Below, piece after piece: positions 1-8,044 of a stretch of 64,000 bases of DNA (positions are counted from its first letter, which is position 1; each line of letters opens with the position of its first letter). The DNA is taken from NCBI GenBank assembly GCA_964537895.1, contig CAZIDK010000002.1, positions 18,287-82,286 on the forward strand, written 5' to 3'. The notes beneath the pieces are model-generated. The model searched no databases, had not been told where the DNA came from, and saw only the letters and a list, made by a program, of their open reading frames with translations. This DNA is from an uncultured Gammaproteobacteria bacterium (GTDB lineage: Bacteria; Patescibacteriota; Microgenomatia; Levybacterales; UBA12049). Made by a program: the position numbers and the translations under genes.

Positions 1-20
1 CTAGCAACTAGTGGCTAGTT

Positions 21-95
21 TGGTGGACCCGAGAGGTATCGAACCTCTGACCTCTTCAATGTCAATGAAGCGCTCTACCACTGAGCTACGAGTCC
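21..95 (-). tRNA. tRNA-Val (anticodon GAC), encoded CCA
   Basis: Hand-folded cloverleaf on minus strand: acceptor GGACTCG/CGGGTCC, anticodon loop TTGACAT, T-loop TTCGATA, CCA at 21-23. Confidence 0.75.
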
Positions 96-340
96 ATGGT
101 CTGAATAATTGCGTATTTAACTTTTTTTCCTATTCCTGTTTTATAGAATTTCTCTTTCGACATTGCGTCTTCTTTACAAATAAAATTTTCATAATAAACT
201 AATTTTAAAGGTTTATTATTTTTACTCCATGTGCTATATCCGCTATTGTGCTCGTCTATCCTAATTTTCGGATCACGACTTGTAAAACCAACGTAAATTT
301 TATTGTTTCTTAAACTTCTAGCGAAATATACGTAATACAT
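86..340 (-). CDS. GIY-YIG domain mini-nuclease (YhbQ/UPF0213-like)
   Basis: N-terminus MYYVYFARS...KIYVGFTS...RIDEHN matches GIY-YIG motif; stop overlaps 5' end of tRNA-Val by ~10 nt. Confidence 0.7.
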   Translation of the reverse strand: MYYVYFARSLRNNKIYVGFTSRDPKIRIDEHNSGYSTWSKNNKPLKLVYYENFICKEDAMSKEKFYKTGIGKKVKYAIIQTMDS

Positions 341-449
341 TCTACCACTTCGTCCAGAGGACGATCAGCCTCTGGCTGAGAGCTACGAGTCCCTAAAACG
401 AGTCTTCCCTCAAAGGCTCGTTTTATTCTAACAAAATAAATTCAATCTA

Positions 450-791
450 TCAAACTCTTCCCGAAGGCCTTGGGAAAATCTGCGTCATAACTTTGCTGTC
501 TGCTGGTACAAATAGAGTATCTCTGCCGCTGTTTATAACAACAGTTCCTCTAACAGGTGTCTCTACTTGTTCTCCTGTAGGGGTTGTTACTATTATGATT
601 TTCGTATCTGAATATGTTGTACCTTCTCTAACCAATCCTGCTACTCTGAGAGCTTCCCAGCTATCCAAGATATGTCCGTTGGGACCTCGCCGGAGTGGTC
701 TTCCCTGCCTTAGAGTTTTCAGTATTTCCCGTGCCTCTCTAACATCGGCTGGTGGACGTCCTCCTAAACCCGGACCAGTTTCTAATGTCAT
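450..791 (-). CDS. hypothetical protein (possibly 3' part of a split gene with 798..1316)
   Basis: ORF of 113 aa directly downstream (7 nt) of the 798..1316 ORF on the same strand. Confidence 0.35.
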   Translation of the reverse strand: MTLETGPGLGGRPPADVREAREILKTLRQGRPLRRGPNGHILDSWEALRVAGLVREGTTYSDTKIIIVTTPTGEQVETPVRGTVVINSGRDTLFVPADSKVMTQIFPRPSGRV

Positions 792-797
792 AAATAT

Positions 798-1316
798 TCA
801 CCTCCTTACACCATGATTTCCGTTTTTTATTCTTTTCTTGTTTTCATAGCCTATTCCGGCAAGCGTTCGTTGTATCCTATCAGAGTCTTTCAAATTTGCG
901 CCCGCGAACAAAAATACGGCCGGATTTCCCATCCATGCACCTCTTGTGTAGTAGGCTAGCAATCTTTTAGGATCATTGGGGTGTCCTACCGGTAAAACGT
1001 GGACGTCGGTTTTGCCGTTTGCAGATAATACGCCGATATTTCGGGCATTCCCGCTGGAAGAAATTTTCCCCGCCTCTCTTCTAATTTGCTCTTTAATTTT
1101 TTCCTGCTGGTAGTTAGACAGGTTATGGAAAACCTCTTCAAAAACAGGATGCGTATGAGTAGCCCAACCTACAACCACCGAACTTCCGTGATTCATTCTT
1201 TCGATTGGTACGGCCACCGCTTCGCTTTTCCATGGAAAACCATATTTTCCAAGCCTTACAACACTGCCTGTTTGTTCGGTTCCCAAACTAACTCCGGTTT
1301 CTATATATCTTGCCAT
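798..1316 (-). CDS. hypothetical protein
   Basis: 172-aa ORF; no motif recognised. Confidence 0.4.
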   Translation of the reverse strand: MARYIETGVSLGTEQTGSVVRLGKYGFPWKSEAVAVPIERMNHGSSVVVGWATHTHPVFEEVFHNLSNYQQEKIKEQIRREAGKISSSGNARNIGVLSANGKTDVHVLPVGHPNDPKRLLAYYTRGAWMGNPAVFLFAGANLKDSDRIQRTLAGIGYENKKRIKNGNHGVRR

Positions 1317-1476
1317 AGTTTTTCCATAAAAAAACCGCCTCTTGAAGGCGGATAGTTTGCCTGCGCAAAAACTTCTCCACCCGTTAGGCGATAAGAAGAA
1401 TCATGCAAACTACTGAAAATTTCATATTATTATTATTATTAATAATATTCTATAATAAAGCTTTTTTGTTTGTCAA

Positions 1477-2118
1477 CTATCCGGTTTGGGTAGCTACCAC
1501 GCGTTCGCCGGACAAACCAAAGGTTGTACCGTGTTTTTTAAATAGACTCCAATATTCTCTTTTTGTTTTCTTTGAAGCAAAAAGGCTCGCCCAATTCTTA
1601 GAATCTTCAACTCTCATCCTGGCGCTCCTAATCGTTATAAGCATCCATGTGAAAAAATTCAAATGATATTTGCCCGGGCTTACGGGTTTTTGCTCAACAG
1701 CTATTTCCCTAAAAGTAATCTCGAGTTCTTGAGAGGATTTTGCCAATTTTTTAAGCTCTATTATTATTTCCGAAACTTTTGTATTTAATTCCCTGTTTTC
1801 CGCTTGGGCAAACCGTCTTTCGGAATGTATAATCTCACTCGTATAGTCCCATCCGGCTTCAATCTGTGGTTTTTTAGCTTCACTTTTAGGCTGTTTTTTA
1901 AGCGTTATCTCCTGGCCCTCTTGGAGATCTCCCGAGGCCTGCCCTGTTGCGTTTCCTCCCCCTATTTCTGTACCAAGCATTTGATCCCAAAGGTCGGTCA
2001 TTAATCCTTTTGCCAAGTCATCCTTAGCGGATTCCATGACCGAAGCGCCAATGTCCCTTACGGCTTCGATTGGATTCTGGTCAATATTTATTTGCGGTTT
2101 AAATTTTCTTTGTGCCAT
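1477..2118 (-). CDS. hypothetical protein with coiled-coil region
   Basis: 213-aa ORF, charged and coiled-coil-like C-terminus. Confidence 0.45.
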   Translation of the reverse strand: MAQRKFKPQINIDQNPIEAVRDIGASVMESAKDDLAKGLMTDLWDQMLGTEIGGGNATGQASGDLQEGQEITLKKQPKSEAKKPQIEAGWDYTSEIIHSERRFAQAENRELNTKVSEIIIELKKLAKSSQELEITFREIAVEQKPVSPGKYHLNFFTWMLITIRSARMRVEDSKNWASLFASKKTKREYWSLFKKHGTTFGLSGERVVATQTG

Positions 2119-2134
2119 AATCGCTCCTTTTATA

Positions 2135-2962
2135 TCACAGGTTCTTTAAGAAATCAAGCGTTTTTTGCTGTTTTAGAATACTTGCAAGAAGATATCTATT
2201 AGCTTGGAGATTTTGCCTTTCGGCTTCGTTTTTTGCTTGCCGTATTGCTTCCTCCACTTCTTTATCCTCAACGGTTATCTTTTCTTCTTGCGCTATTTTT
2301 TGCAAAGCAAATTCAAGCTTGATATCGTTTTCCGCTTTTTGCTCATATTCTTTTCTTAAATCTTCGGCTTTTCTGCCTGTTGAGCTCAAGTACTGATCAA
2401 GGGTTAGCCCAAGTTTTTTCACTTCGTCAAGAGTTTGGGACAGAAGTCGTTCTACCTCCTGCTCAATTATTATTCTTGGTATTTTAATCTCAACTGAGGC
2501 CAAAATCTCTTTTACAATATCATCAAAACTAACTTGAGGCAGTTCTTTGCCGGGGATAACAATTTTGCTTTTGGCTGTAATTTTTTTGATATTATCTCTA
2601 TAATCACCTAGTTTAATTTCGGGTGCTTCGCACGTAACAGCTATAAATTGCCAGTCTTTTCCTTCTTCCAGTTTTTCAACATGAACCCTTGGGGCGATAA
2701 CGGGGTTTACTTTGTGTTCGTTAATGGCCTGAAGGTAAAATTGAGGTAAAAGCTTTTTTAACACTTCTTCTTTTACTTTTTCTTCGTCAATTTTATCCTC
2801 AACGAGTTTTTTAGGAGCCTTCCCTTTCCTAAAGCCGGGTACTTGCGTATTTTGTGCGTAGCCGCTTACAACAGTTTCCCTGGTTTTTTTAACATCTGCC
2901 CAGGGTATGGTAACCGTAAGGGTAATTGTTTGGTCTTCTTGTTTTTGAATTGCTGCTATCAT
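2135..2962 (-). CDS. tig: trigger factor-like chaperone lacking the PPIase domain
   Basis: N-terminal VPGFRKGKAP ribosome-binding signature and trigger-factor-like C-terminal domain; only 275 aa, so no room for the FKBP PPIase domain. Confidence 0.6.
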   Translation of the reverse strand: MIAAIQKQEDQTITLTVTIPWADVKKTRETVVSGYAQNTQVPGFRKGKAPKKLVEDKIDEEKVKEEVLKKLLPQFYLQAINEHKVNPVIAPRVHVEKLEEGKDWQFIAVTCEAPEIKLGDYRDNIKKITAKSKIVIPGKELPQVSFDDIVKEILASVEIKIPRIIIEQEVERLLSQTLDEVKKLGLTLDQYLSSTGRKAEDLRKEYEQKAENDIKLEFALQKIAQEEKITVEDKEVEEAIRQAKNEAERQNLQANRYLLASILKQQKTLDFLKNL

Positions 2963-2995
2963 ATATATCCTATTTTCAATTTCCGATTTTATTGT

Positions 2996-3034
2996 GCGGA
3001 CGAAGGGAGTTGAACCCCCACACCCTTGCGGGTA
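2996..3034 (-). pseudogene. tRNA 3'-half fragment (variable arm, T-arm, acceptor 3' strand) of a Leu/Ser-type tRNA
   Basis: Minus strand reads CCCGCAAGGG variable arm (same as in the adjacent tRNA-Leu), T-arm-like GGGGGTTCAACTCCC and acceptor CTTCGTCCGC; no matching 5' half nearby. Confidence 0.45.
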
Positions 3035-3055
3035 TCCCGCTCAGCGGGACGTGTC
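3033..3055. repeat. hairpin motif TATCCCGCTNAGCGGGAC..GTCG, copy 1
   Basis: Near-identical to 3758..3781; stem CCCGC/GCGGG with 3-nt loop. Confidence 0.5.
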
Positions 3056-3058
3056 GTG

Positions 3059-3142
3059 TGCCCAAGGGGAGACTCGAACTCCCAAACCCTTGCGGGCAAT
3101 AGGTCCTAAACCTATCGCGTCTGCCAATTTCGCCACCTGGGC
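3059..3142 (-). tRNA. tRNA-Leu (anticodon TAG)
   Basis: Acceptor GCCCAGG/CTTGGGC, anticodon stem ATAGG/CCTAT with loop TTTAGGA, long variable arm, T-loop TTCGAGT. Confidence 0.75.
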
Positions 3143-3174
3143 TTGTCTAAACAGATAACGAGATTATACGGGAT

Positions 3175-3732
3175 TTACAGAGAAAGTGAAAGAGTATCCT
3201 GGGGATTTCTCAATGCAAAATCCTGAATATTATTCATAAAATAGCTGACTCTTTGTGCCCATGTTGGAGAAGAAGCATAAAGAGTTCCTATTTGATATAC
3301 GTCTTGCGCTCCCCATTTATCCATATATTTTTCCCTTAATCCTTGTGATATTGTCTGAATGCCTTCCTCCCAGGATTTAAACCTGATCACATTATCGCCG
3401 TATATCCCCCATCCCCATGCATTGTAAGAGTTATGTGGAATTTGCTGCCCAAACGTAGATTCAAGGCCCGAAATAGCAGCTACAAATTTCCAGTCCAAAT
3501 TGTACTTATCGGCGTATTTTACAAAACTGCCTGCATCTTGAGCCAAGGGAGAGTTATATTTTTCAAGGTACGTTTTAAGAACTCTGACACGGTAATCGTC
3601 CTTTGTTTCTTCTTCCGCAAGCGTAATTTGCGCAGAAGAACCAGACGCTTTCTGTTGTGCAGACGCGCTCTGAACGTTAAAAGTGAAAATCAATGTAAGG
3701 ATAAATAAAACGAAAATCTTTTTTGCTTTCAT
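3175..3732 (-). CDS. secreted peptidoglycan hydrolase-like protein (GH73 glucosaminidase-like), paralog 1
   Basis: Signal peptide; AISGLESTFG...NSYNAWGWGIYG resembles GH73 catalytic region (ALESGWG...NNLFGIK); paralogous to 3979..4560. Confidence 0.5.
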   Translation of the reverse strand: MKAKKIFVLFILTLIFTFNVQSASAQQKASGSSAQITLAEEETKDDYRVRVLKTYLEKYNSPLAQDAGSFVKYADKYNLDWKFVAAISGLESTFGQQIPHNSYNAWGWGIYGDNVIRFKSWEEGIQTISQGLREKYMDKWGAQDVYQIGTLYASSPTWAQRVSYFMNNIQDFALRNPQDTLSLSL

Positions 3733-3757
3733 GTTTATATTAAGGAATGCCCCGTTT

Positions 3758-3781
3758 TATCCCGCTAAGCGGGACAAGTCG
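3758..3781. repeat. hairpin motif TATCCCGCTNAGCGGGAC..GTCG, copy 2
   Basis: Matches 3033..3055. Confidence 0.5.
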
Positions 3782-3978
3782 GAGTAAACCATAAAAAAAT
3801 CCTAACGTATACATTTGGAAGGCATACCTTAGGATCTGCGAGAATTATAGCATACAACTATAGGTTTGTCAAGTACTTTACCTTGCATACTCTGTTTTCG
3901 CATTTTAAGCACACTTATCTATCTGCAACAGCGTGTTTAGATTACGGATGTATGGCGAAAATTAGTATGCAGGGCAGG

Positions 3979-4560
3979 CTATAGGTTGATTTGAAGTTGA
4001 TCCATGAAGAGGTTAACCGAGTCTGCCCAGGCCCCGTTGTTTGAAGGTGTATATTTGGCCATTATTTGTTGTGGAGTTTCAAGACCTTTTTCCTTGTATT
4101 GCGTGGCCAATGTTTTAGTGACAGCATCTATTGCTTCCGGATAGTTTGAAAACTTTGTAACCTTTTTACCGTATATGCCAAATCCCCAGCAATTATAAGA
4201 GTTTTTAGGGGCTTTTTTACATAGATTTGATTCCTGCATGGCTATGGCCGGAATTAGCCTGTAATCAAGGTTGTATTTGTCTGCGGAAGAAACTACGTTT
4301 TGGGCGTAAGGAAGAAGATCCGAATTGTGCTTTTTAAAGAAATCGGCTACAACGGCCACTCTTGCGTCTTGCAGACTTATACTATCGCCCAGCACGTTTT
4401 GATCTCCTGGCAAAGCGGCATAGGAAACGTTATTATTTGGAGCTGGGAAGGAAAGAAGGCGTTTTTTCTCAGAACCTAAAAAAGAGAAATAAAGAATGCA
4501 AAAAGTTAGTAAAATAGGTGTCAGCGTAAAGAAGATTGTGGACAGAAAAACCTTTTTCAT
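3979..4560 (-). CDS. secreted peptidoglycan hydrolase-like protein (GH73-like), paralog 2
   Basis: N-terminal TM/signal; AIAMQESNLC...NSYNCWGFGIYG aligned with the paralog. Confidence 0.5.
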   Translation of the reverse strand: MKKVFLSTIFFTLTPILLTFCILYFSFLGSEKKRLLSFPAPNNNVSYAALPGDQNVLGDSISLQDARVAVVADFFKKHNSDLLPYAQNVVSSADKYNLDYRLIPAIAMQESNLCKKAPKNSYNCWGFGIYGKKVTKFSNYPEAIDAVTKTLATQYKEKGLETPQQIMAKYTPSNNGAWADSVNLFMDQLQINL

Positions 4561-4702
4561 TAATATACTAGCTTTACATATTTAGGGGCTTTTTGTCAAG
4601 TTCACCCTGTTAAATTGCTTTGCCACGTCTGACGTGGCTTTGCACCGGCTTCGCCGGACTTAACGGGGTAAATTCGAGGTTAACTTAAGTCTTAAACAAC
4701 GG

Positions 4703-4966
4703 CTAGGAGGTTTTAGTTTTTCTGTGGTGATATTCTATGGCATGGAAAATAAAATAAGCAGCAACAACAATGACTACGATTATTCCTGCCTGCCATATTG
4801 GTATGTCGTAAAAAGTAGCGCATGCTAAGCTTTTAAAGCCCAGGTTATAAAAGAAATCACACAAATTTTTATAAAGAAAACGGTCGGCGTTAAGAAGGTC
4901 TATGGCTGCAACAAAAAACAGCGTTATTCCTAAAACGAGAGCATATTTATTTTTGAAACCCTTCAT
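4703..4966 (-). CDS. small membrane protein
   Basis: 87 aa with two hydrophobic helices. Confidence 0.4.
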   Translation of the reverse strand: MKGFKNKYALVLGITLFFVAAIDLLNADRFLYKNLCDFFYNLGFKSLACATFYDIPIWQAGIIVVIVVAAYFIFHAIEYHHRKTKTS

Positions 4967-5024
4967 AAAAACCCTCCTACTTTTTTGTATACCTTTTAGT
5001 GTAAATAGTCAAGGGGATATTTTG

Positions 5025-5095
5025 AGCGGGTAAGGGGAATCGGACCCCTGTACCCTGATTGGCAACCAGGTGTACTGCCATTGTACTATACCCGC
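5025..5095 (-). tRNA. tRNA-Gly (anticodon GCC)
   Basis: Acceptor GCGGGTA/TACCCGC, anticodon stem CCTGG/TCAGG with loop TTGCCAA, U discriminator. Confidence 0.75.
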
Positions 5096-5376
5096 TTCTT
5101 CGCTGCCCTTCGTTGCCTCAGGGCAGGCGCATTATCTTTATTGATCAGTGCAAGCTTCTTATTTCTCGACCAGCTCTTTATTTCATTCTCTCTTCGTAAA
5201 GCCTCGCCCATCGAACTGTAACCTTCAGAGTAAACTAATTTTACAGGTAATTTCCCTTTAATCGATTTTGCACCCCTGATAGATGTATTGTGTTCTTTTA
5301 CTCTTTTTTCAATATTTGATGTAAATCCAGTATATAAAGAATTATCGCTACATCTTACTATATAAACGTAATACAT
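5086..5376 (-). CDS. GIY-YIG domain mini-nuclease (YhbQ-like)
   Basis: MYYVYIVRCSDNSLYTGFTSNIEKRVKEHN; stop overlaps 5' end of tRNA-Gly by 10 nt. Confidence 0.75.
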   Translation of the reverse strand: MYYVYIVRCSDNSLYTGFTSNIEKRVKEHNTSIRGAKSIKGKLPVKLVYSEGYSSMGEALRRENEIKSWSRNKKLALINKDNAPALRQRRAAKKRV

Positions 5377-5445
5377 GTCATTTTTTATTCAGTGCAAGGT
5401 TTTTGTGCCCTTCGTCGTTTCACTCTTCAGGGTAAACCCCCTTGC

Positions 5446-5503
5446 CTGCACTGATTTGTCAATGCAAGAAGTGCCTGCACTGATTTGTCAATGCAAGAAG
5501 TGC
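5446..5503. repeat. 29-bp tandem direct repeat x2 (CCTGCACTGATTTGTCAATGCAAGAAGTG)
   Basis: Two exact adjacent copies, with a partial third (CCTGCACTGAG). Confidence 0.8.
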
Positions 5504-5530
5504 CTGCACTGAGGTCGTCCGTTGACGACC

Positions 5531-5553
5531 GAAGTGCTGAGGATGTGAGTTCC
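5531..5553 (-). repeat. degenerate copy of tRNA-Val(TAC) 3' end (att-like remnant)
   Basis: GAAGTGCTGAGGATGTGAGTTCC vs tRNA-Val 3' end TGGGTGCTGAGGGACTTGAACC. Confidence 0.45.
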
Positions 5554-5625
5554 TTCGATTTCTCTCAGGATAAACTTCTCCTCACATCCCTCTCTTCATC
5601 AGTCTCAGTTTACACTGAGCCTGCC

Positions 5626-5654
5626 GAAGTGTGCTGAGGATGTGAGTCGAACAC
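5626..5654 (-). repeat. degenerate copy of tRNA-Val(TAC) 3' end (att-like remnant)
   Basis: GAAGTGTGCTGAGGATGTGAGTCGAACAC shares GTGCTGAGG...GAAC with the tRNA-Val 3' end. Confidence 0.45.
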
Positions 5655-5874
5655 ATATAGCCTGTTCTTCAGACAGGTGCCTTGACCACCTTGGCTACCT
5701 CAGCTCGTAATTAAGGTTGTTTTGATGTTTGACGTAGTCAAACACGCATAGTCCCGCCCCGGCGGGATGCCTTTGGTCAACCTTGGCTACCTCAGCTCGT
5801 AAAACATTTTATCAAATCTAGGAACTATACGCTATTCCCTAATATCCAATAACTAGTATCTAGTAACTAAGCTG

Positions 5875-5946
5875 TGGGTGCTGAGGGACTTGAACCCCCG
5901 ACATCTTCGATGTAAACGAAGCGCTCTACCGCTGAGCTAAGCACCC
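5875..5946 (-). tRNA. tRNA-Val (anticodon TAC)
   Basis: Acceptor GGGTGCT/AGCACCC, anticodon stem CTTCG/CGAAG with loop TTTACAT, T-loop TTCAAGT. Confidence 0.75.
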
Positions 5947-5992
5947 TTCGCCGTTCACTCCTCAGGTAAACCCTGTCTGCGCTGAGCGAAGC

Positions 5993-6022
5993 GAAGTGCG
6001 GATGAGAGGAGTCGAACCCTCC
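5993..6022 (-). pseudogene. tRNA 3'-end-like fragment (T-arm plus acceptor 3' strand CATCCGC)
   Basis: Minus strand reads GGAGGGTTCGACTCCTCTCATCCGCA; no complementary 5' half nearby. Same family as the 5531 and 5626 remnants. Confidence 0.4.
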
Positions 6023-6223
6023 TAATTTCAGCATTCGGCTTTTAATTCTATTCGAATACGCCTCTTGCTTCAATTTCAGGAGGGCAAGCCTCCACGCGCA
6101 TTTTTTAAAGTGCACCATCTGGGACGATGTTCGAGCCTATATTACCTCCTCTATTGATCCGAAAGAGAAAGCATTTTTACTAGCAGCTTTCGCCAGATTC
6201 AAAAAGAAAGAAGAGGTAAAACC

Positions 6224-6712
6224 ATGAATTGGTTCAAAACATTCAGATTGACTCCCCAACCTCTCCCAGAGACCGTCTCTATTTTATATGATGAGAGCAC
6301 GTTTTACAACAGATTTAGAGAGGATTTATTGGAGGCTAAACAAGAAGTTATTATCGAAAGCCCTTTTATTACTTCGCGGAGACTTGAGATGTTAAAACCG
6401 GTATTTGAAAAATTAATAGCCAGAGGCGTTGAAGTCTTTATTATGACCCGTGACCCTAACGAACATGACGAATCTTTGTCAAAGCAGGCAGAGGCCGGAA
6501 TACACTATTTTGAAGTTTTAGGAGTACAAGTTTTACTATGCGACGGTGGTCATCACCGAAAGTTAGCTATAATTGACCGGAAAGTTCTCTGGGAAGGAAG
6601 TTTAAACATTCTTTCGCAGTCTCATAGCCGAGAATTTATGAGAAGAATTGATAGCAAGAGTTTGACAGAAGAATTATTTAAATTCCTGAAGCTGAATAGA
6701 CATGTTTATTAA
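6224..6712 (+). CDS. PLD-family single-HKD nuclease (Nuc/NucT-like)
   Basis: HHRKLAIIDRKVLWEGSLNI fits the HxK(x4)D(x6)GSxN motif; 162 aa; paralog at 38216..38680. Confidence 0.65.
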   Translation: MNWFKTFRLTPQPLPETVSILYDESTFYNRFREDLLEAKQEVIIESPFITSRRLEMLKPVFEKLIARGVEVFIMTRDPNEHDESLSKQAEAGIHYFEVLGVQVLLCDGGHHRKLAIIDRKVLWEGSLNILSQSHSREFMRRIDSKSLTEELFKFLKLNRHVY

Positions 6713-6769
6713 ATGAGAATCTAAATTAGTTCTACGACTCAAGATATTCGTAATACGACTCAAAGTAGT

Positions 6770-8044
6770 CTATAAAACACAAATTTTTTCTACTTGCCTT
6801 TTTATCTCCGAATTAATTTTACCCATAAGCAACAATCTTAAATTATTCAATCTAAAATATTTTTTGGCAACTCTTCGTACGTCTTGCGAATTAATAGAAT
6901 TTATCTTATTTATTAATTCATCAGGAGTAATAATTTTTCCATCAGTAGACAACTGGGTAGAGTATAGATAAGCTACTGAATCCGTTGTTTCTAAGTCGTA
7001 TTGCAGTCTTGCTCGTATTTTTTCCTTATTAAATTTTAGCTCTTCATTTGAGACTAATTTTGTTTTAATTTTGCTAATCTGGTCTAATATAATTTCTACT
7101 GCTTTAAGAGTATTATGAGGAGAAACTCCAGTAAAAGCGGAGAATAACCCTGTGTCATTATAATTATAATTATATGCTCCTGCCGTATAGGCAATTCCGA
7201 ATCTATATACTAATTCATAAAACAACGTAGAAGTAACACTTCCCCCAAGCATTTCAGCTATTAACATTAGGGTATACTTGTCTTCATTAAAATAATCTAC
7301 CTCAGTAATAAATCCACAATAAATTTGTACTTGTTCTGAGTTAGATTTTATTAAATTCATGTTACTTTTCTTTGGATATGAATTAACAGCTAAAAACTTT
7401 GTACTGCTATTTTTATTTCTCACATTAAAATAGTTTTCAATATAGCTGCTAACCTCTTGCTCTATAAAATTTCCTACAATAACCATATTCATTTTCGAGG
7501 GAACATAAAATTTGCTTAGATATTTTTGAATTTTTGTCTTATTTAAGCTACTTATATTTTTTAGATCTCCAAGAGTAGATCTTCCAATTGATTGATTTTT
7601 ACCCCAAACCCATTCCATCCATTCATCAAATATTTTAACTTCAGGATTATCATTTCTTCTATTTAATTCTTCTATTACTATTCTTTTTTCCTTTTCTATT
7701 GCGGCTTTATCAATAAGTGAATTAAAAAGAATGTCTGAAAGATAAGCGATTGCTTTTTCTACATATTCAGGTAAAATTTTCACATTGTAGGTAACGTATT
7801 CTTTTTCTGTCCACGCTCCGCTCCTACCACCGACGCTTTCAATGTAATTTGCTAATTTCTTTGCATCATTAAATTTATATGTTCCCTCAAATAACATGTG
7901 CTCTAGAAAGTGCGCTAAGCCAGAATCTTTTTTCTCTTCATATCTAGGACCGGCTTTTACAGTTAGAAACACCGATACTGATTTTGATTCGGAGATGGGA
8001 TTAAGTAAGATTTTTAATCCATTCTTTAGTGAATAATTTTTCAT
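6770..8044 (-). CDS. M16 family zinc peptidase (pitrilysin/PqqL-like); candidate RiPP leader peptidase
   Basis: Inverted zinc motif HFLEHMLFEGT (HxxEH); 424 aa; last gene of the YcaO operon. Confidence 0.7.
   Translation of the reverse strand: MKNYSLKNGLKILLNPISESKSVSVFLTVKAGPRYEEKKDSGLAHFLEHMLFEGTYKFNDAKKLANYIESVGGRSGAWTEKEYVTYNVKILPEYVEKAIAYLSDILFNSLIDKAAIEKEKRIVIEELNRRNDNPEVKIFDEWMEWVWGKNQSIGRSTLGDLKNISSLNKTKIQKYLSKFYVPSKMNMVIVGNFIEQEVSSYIENYFNVRNKNSSTKFLAVNSYPKKSNMNLIKSNSEQVQIYCGFITEVDYFNEDKYTLMLIAEMLGGSVTSTLFYELVYRFGIAYTAGAYNYNYNDTGLFSAFTGVSPHNTLKAVEIILDQISKIKTKLVSNEELKFNKEKIRARLQYDLETTDSVAYLYSTQLSTDGKIITPDELINKINSINSQDVRRVAKKYFRLNNLRLLLMGKINSEIKRQVEKICVL

Noticed and set aside
450-1316. 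Assigning a function (RtcB/Tpt1/JAMM/PRTase) to the two adjacent ORFs
   Set aside because: Motif comparisons from memory were all unconvincing, so both are left as hypothetical. Only the tight tandem arrangement (possible split gene) is noted.
5446-5503. Possible CRISPR array
   Set aside because: There are only two adjacent identical 29-mers with no unique spacers, and no cas genes in the window. It is a simple tandem duplication.
5867-6118. 83-aa ORF on minus strand
   Set aside because: It is the read-through of tRNA-Val(TAC) and the tRNA-like fragment. The ORFs 10583..10768 (over tRNA-Leu), 20867..21073 (over tRNA-Leu/Pro/Gly), 21956..22138 and 22016..22216 (over the GC motif/tRNA-Arg) and 18502..18750 (over tRNA-Gln) are spurious for the same reason.
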